Shown in pieces: positions 63,264-64,000 of a stretch of 64,000 bases of DNA. The translations under genes were made by a program, and so were the position numbers. The notes below the pieces were generated by a model. That model ran no database searches, was not told where the DNA came from, and saw nothing but the letters and a program-made list of their open reading frames with translations. The number at the start of each line of letters is the position of its first letter. Position 1 is the stretch's first letter. Origin of the DNA: a virus (taxonomy: Duplodnaviria; Caudoviricetes); the IMG/VR virus record IMGVR_UViG_3300046010_012285, positions 6,598 to 70,597 of that record. One strand, given 5' to 3'.

Positions 63264-63937
63264 TAAAAGATTATCGCTTTTATATTCTTTTTGTTTGGAT
63301 AAGAAGCTAAACTTATATAGGTTCCATTTTGCGGTTCGATTACGAACCACCCATCGTCAAGCCAAACAATATTTAATGAATGCCATATGCCGTTACCGTA
63401 TTGGATACCAGCGAACTCCTCTAGCTGCTCAACTATCACGGTGCCACAAGCTAGCTGAGATGTCAAGCTGCTATTCAAATTATAGTTCGAAAAACTATAG
63501 GCCACCATAAAAAAATCACTGAAATTATCGCAATCAAAAGAATTTGCTACAAAATAAACGTCGTGATCAATGATCATTGTGATCCACCAAGTGGCATATT
63601 TATTAAACCAAGAAAGAGTGGCGAAACTGTAATGCTTATCTCGAAATATGACATCAACATTTGTGTCTAGTCCGGTCTTAAGAAGAGTTTCTCTCAGGTA
63701 GTTCGTATCATAAGATTTGCTAATACTTTCAGTTTTTGGAGATGTTTTTAAAAAAAGAAGACCATCCTCAAACCATGAATTAATATTATTTCGGCCAAAT
63801 CTTTTAATCGGTTGTGACTCGTTGATTGGGTTGTATTTATGATAGAATTTCTCAGCAGTCCGAGATAAAAATACAGACCCCAATCCAAGCAGCAATCCTG
63901 CGAGGAAAAAGTAAATGTTTTTGGCCCGATTTCTCAT
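63263..63937 (-). CDS. membrane-anchored papain/transglutaminase-like Cys protease (MOA agglutinin C-domain-like)
   Basis: N-terminal TM segment; FDCDNF, WHSLN and IEPQ give a Cys-His-Glu triad. Confidence 0.7.
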   Translation of the reverse strand: MRNRAKNIYFFLAGLLLGLGSVFLSRTAEKFYHKYNPINESQPIKRFGRNNINSWFEDGLLFLKTSPKTESISKSYDTNYLRETLLKTGLDTNVDVIFRDKHYSFATLSWFNKYATWWITMIIDHDVYFVANSFDCDNFSDFFMVAYSFSNYNLNSSLTSQLACGTVIVEQLEEFAGIQYGNGIWHSLNIVWLDDGWFVIEPQNGTYISLASYPNKKNIKAIIF

Positions 63938-63945
63938 CTAAAATT

Positions 63946-63951
63946 TTACAC
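63946..63951 (-). promoter_or_regulatory. GTGTAA motif, 8 nt before ATG 63937
   Basis: Read directly. Confidence 0.55.
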
Positions 63952-63965
63952 CCGATTTTGGTTTT

Positions 63966-63996
63966 CCCTCCCCCTTAACCCTTTCTCCCTTCCCCC
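63966..63996 (-). other. polypurine tract matching a G-quadruplex motif
   Basis: Minus strand GGGGG-AA-GGG-AGAAA-GGG-TTAA-GGGGG-A-GGG. Confidence 0.5.
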
Positions 63997-64000
63997 TTCT

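Noticed and set aside
63263-63937. Prohead protease for the MELDFSE proteins
   Set aside because: It has a TM anchor and a papain-like triad, unlike the soluble serine-type prohead proteases.
1-64000. Bacterial chromosome or integrated-prophage boundary
   Set aside because: Housekeeping-like genes (dnaE, Clp ATPase, nrdAB, gmd) are divergent, tightly packed and interleaved with rII, tail and HNH genes. No integrase, att site or host operon was seen.

Overview
This window is part of a large tailed dsDNA bacteriophage genome, read in the standard genetic code. No CRISPR array, rRNA, IS element or intein was seen. 1-17.3 kb (mostly minus strand) holds early/accessory genes: an SNase, a metallophosphoesterase, four tRNAs (Ile-TAT, Lys-TTT, CAT, Arg-TCT), a GT2-methyltransferase fusion, an Nmad1-like protein, rIIA/rIIB, UvsE, two HNH nucleases, and a Zn-deaminase next to a T4 beta-glucosyltransferase-like gene. 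17.3-29.1 kb (plus strand) is an isolated lambda-like tail-tip module (L, K, I, and J split over three ORFs) carrying PA14, vWA-like and CBM-like insertions. 29-51.9 kb (minus) holds nrdAB, a GT4/GT9 pair in which the GT9 is split, a kinase-like gene coupled to a ClpA/C ATPase, a three-part DnaE (PHP, DEDDh exonuclease, polymerase), primase, DnaB, RecA-like recombinase, a holin-like gene and thyX. 51.9-61.8 kb is a 12-gene glycan biosynthesis island including gmd. 61.8-64 kb has two ORFs sharing the N-terminus MELDFSE and a membrane-anchored cysteine protease. Two promoter classes recur: sigma70-like promoters (four with leaderless geometry) and an RGTGTAAW motif before late-type genes. The most promising leads are (i) a BGT-like DNA glycosylation cassette and (ii) a possible virion O-glycosylation system linking the glycan island to Ser/Thr-Gly-rich tail proteins. 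All family calls come from motif recognition by eye; no database search was run.
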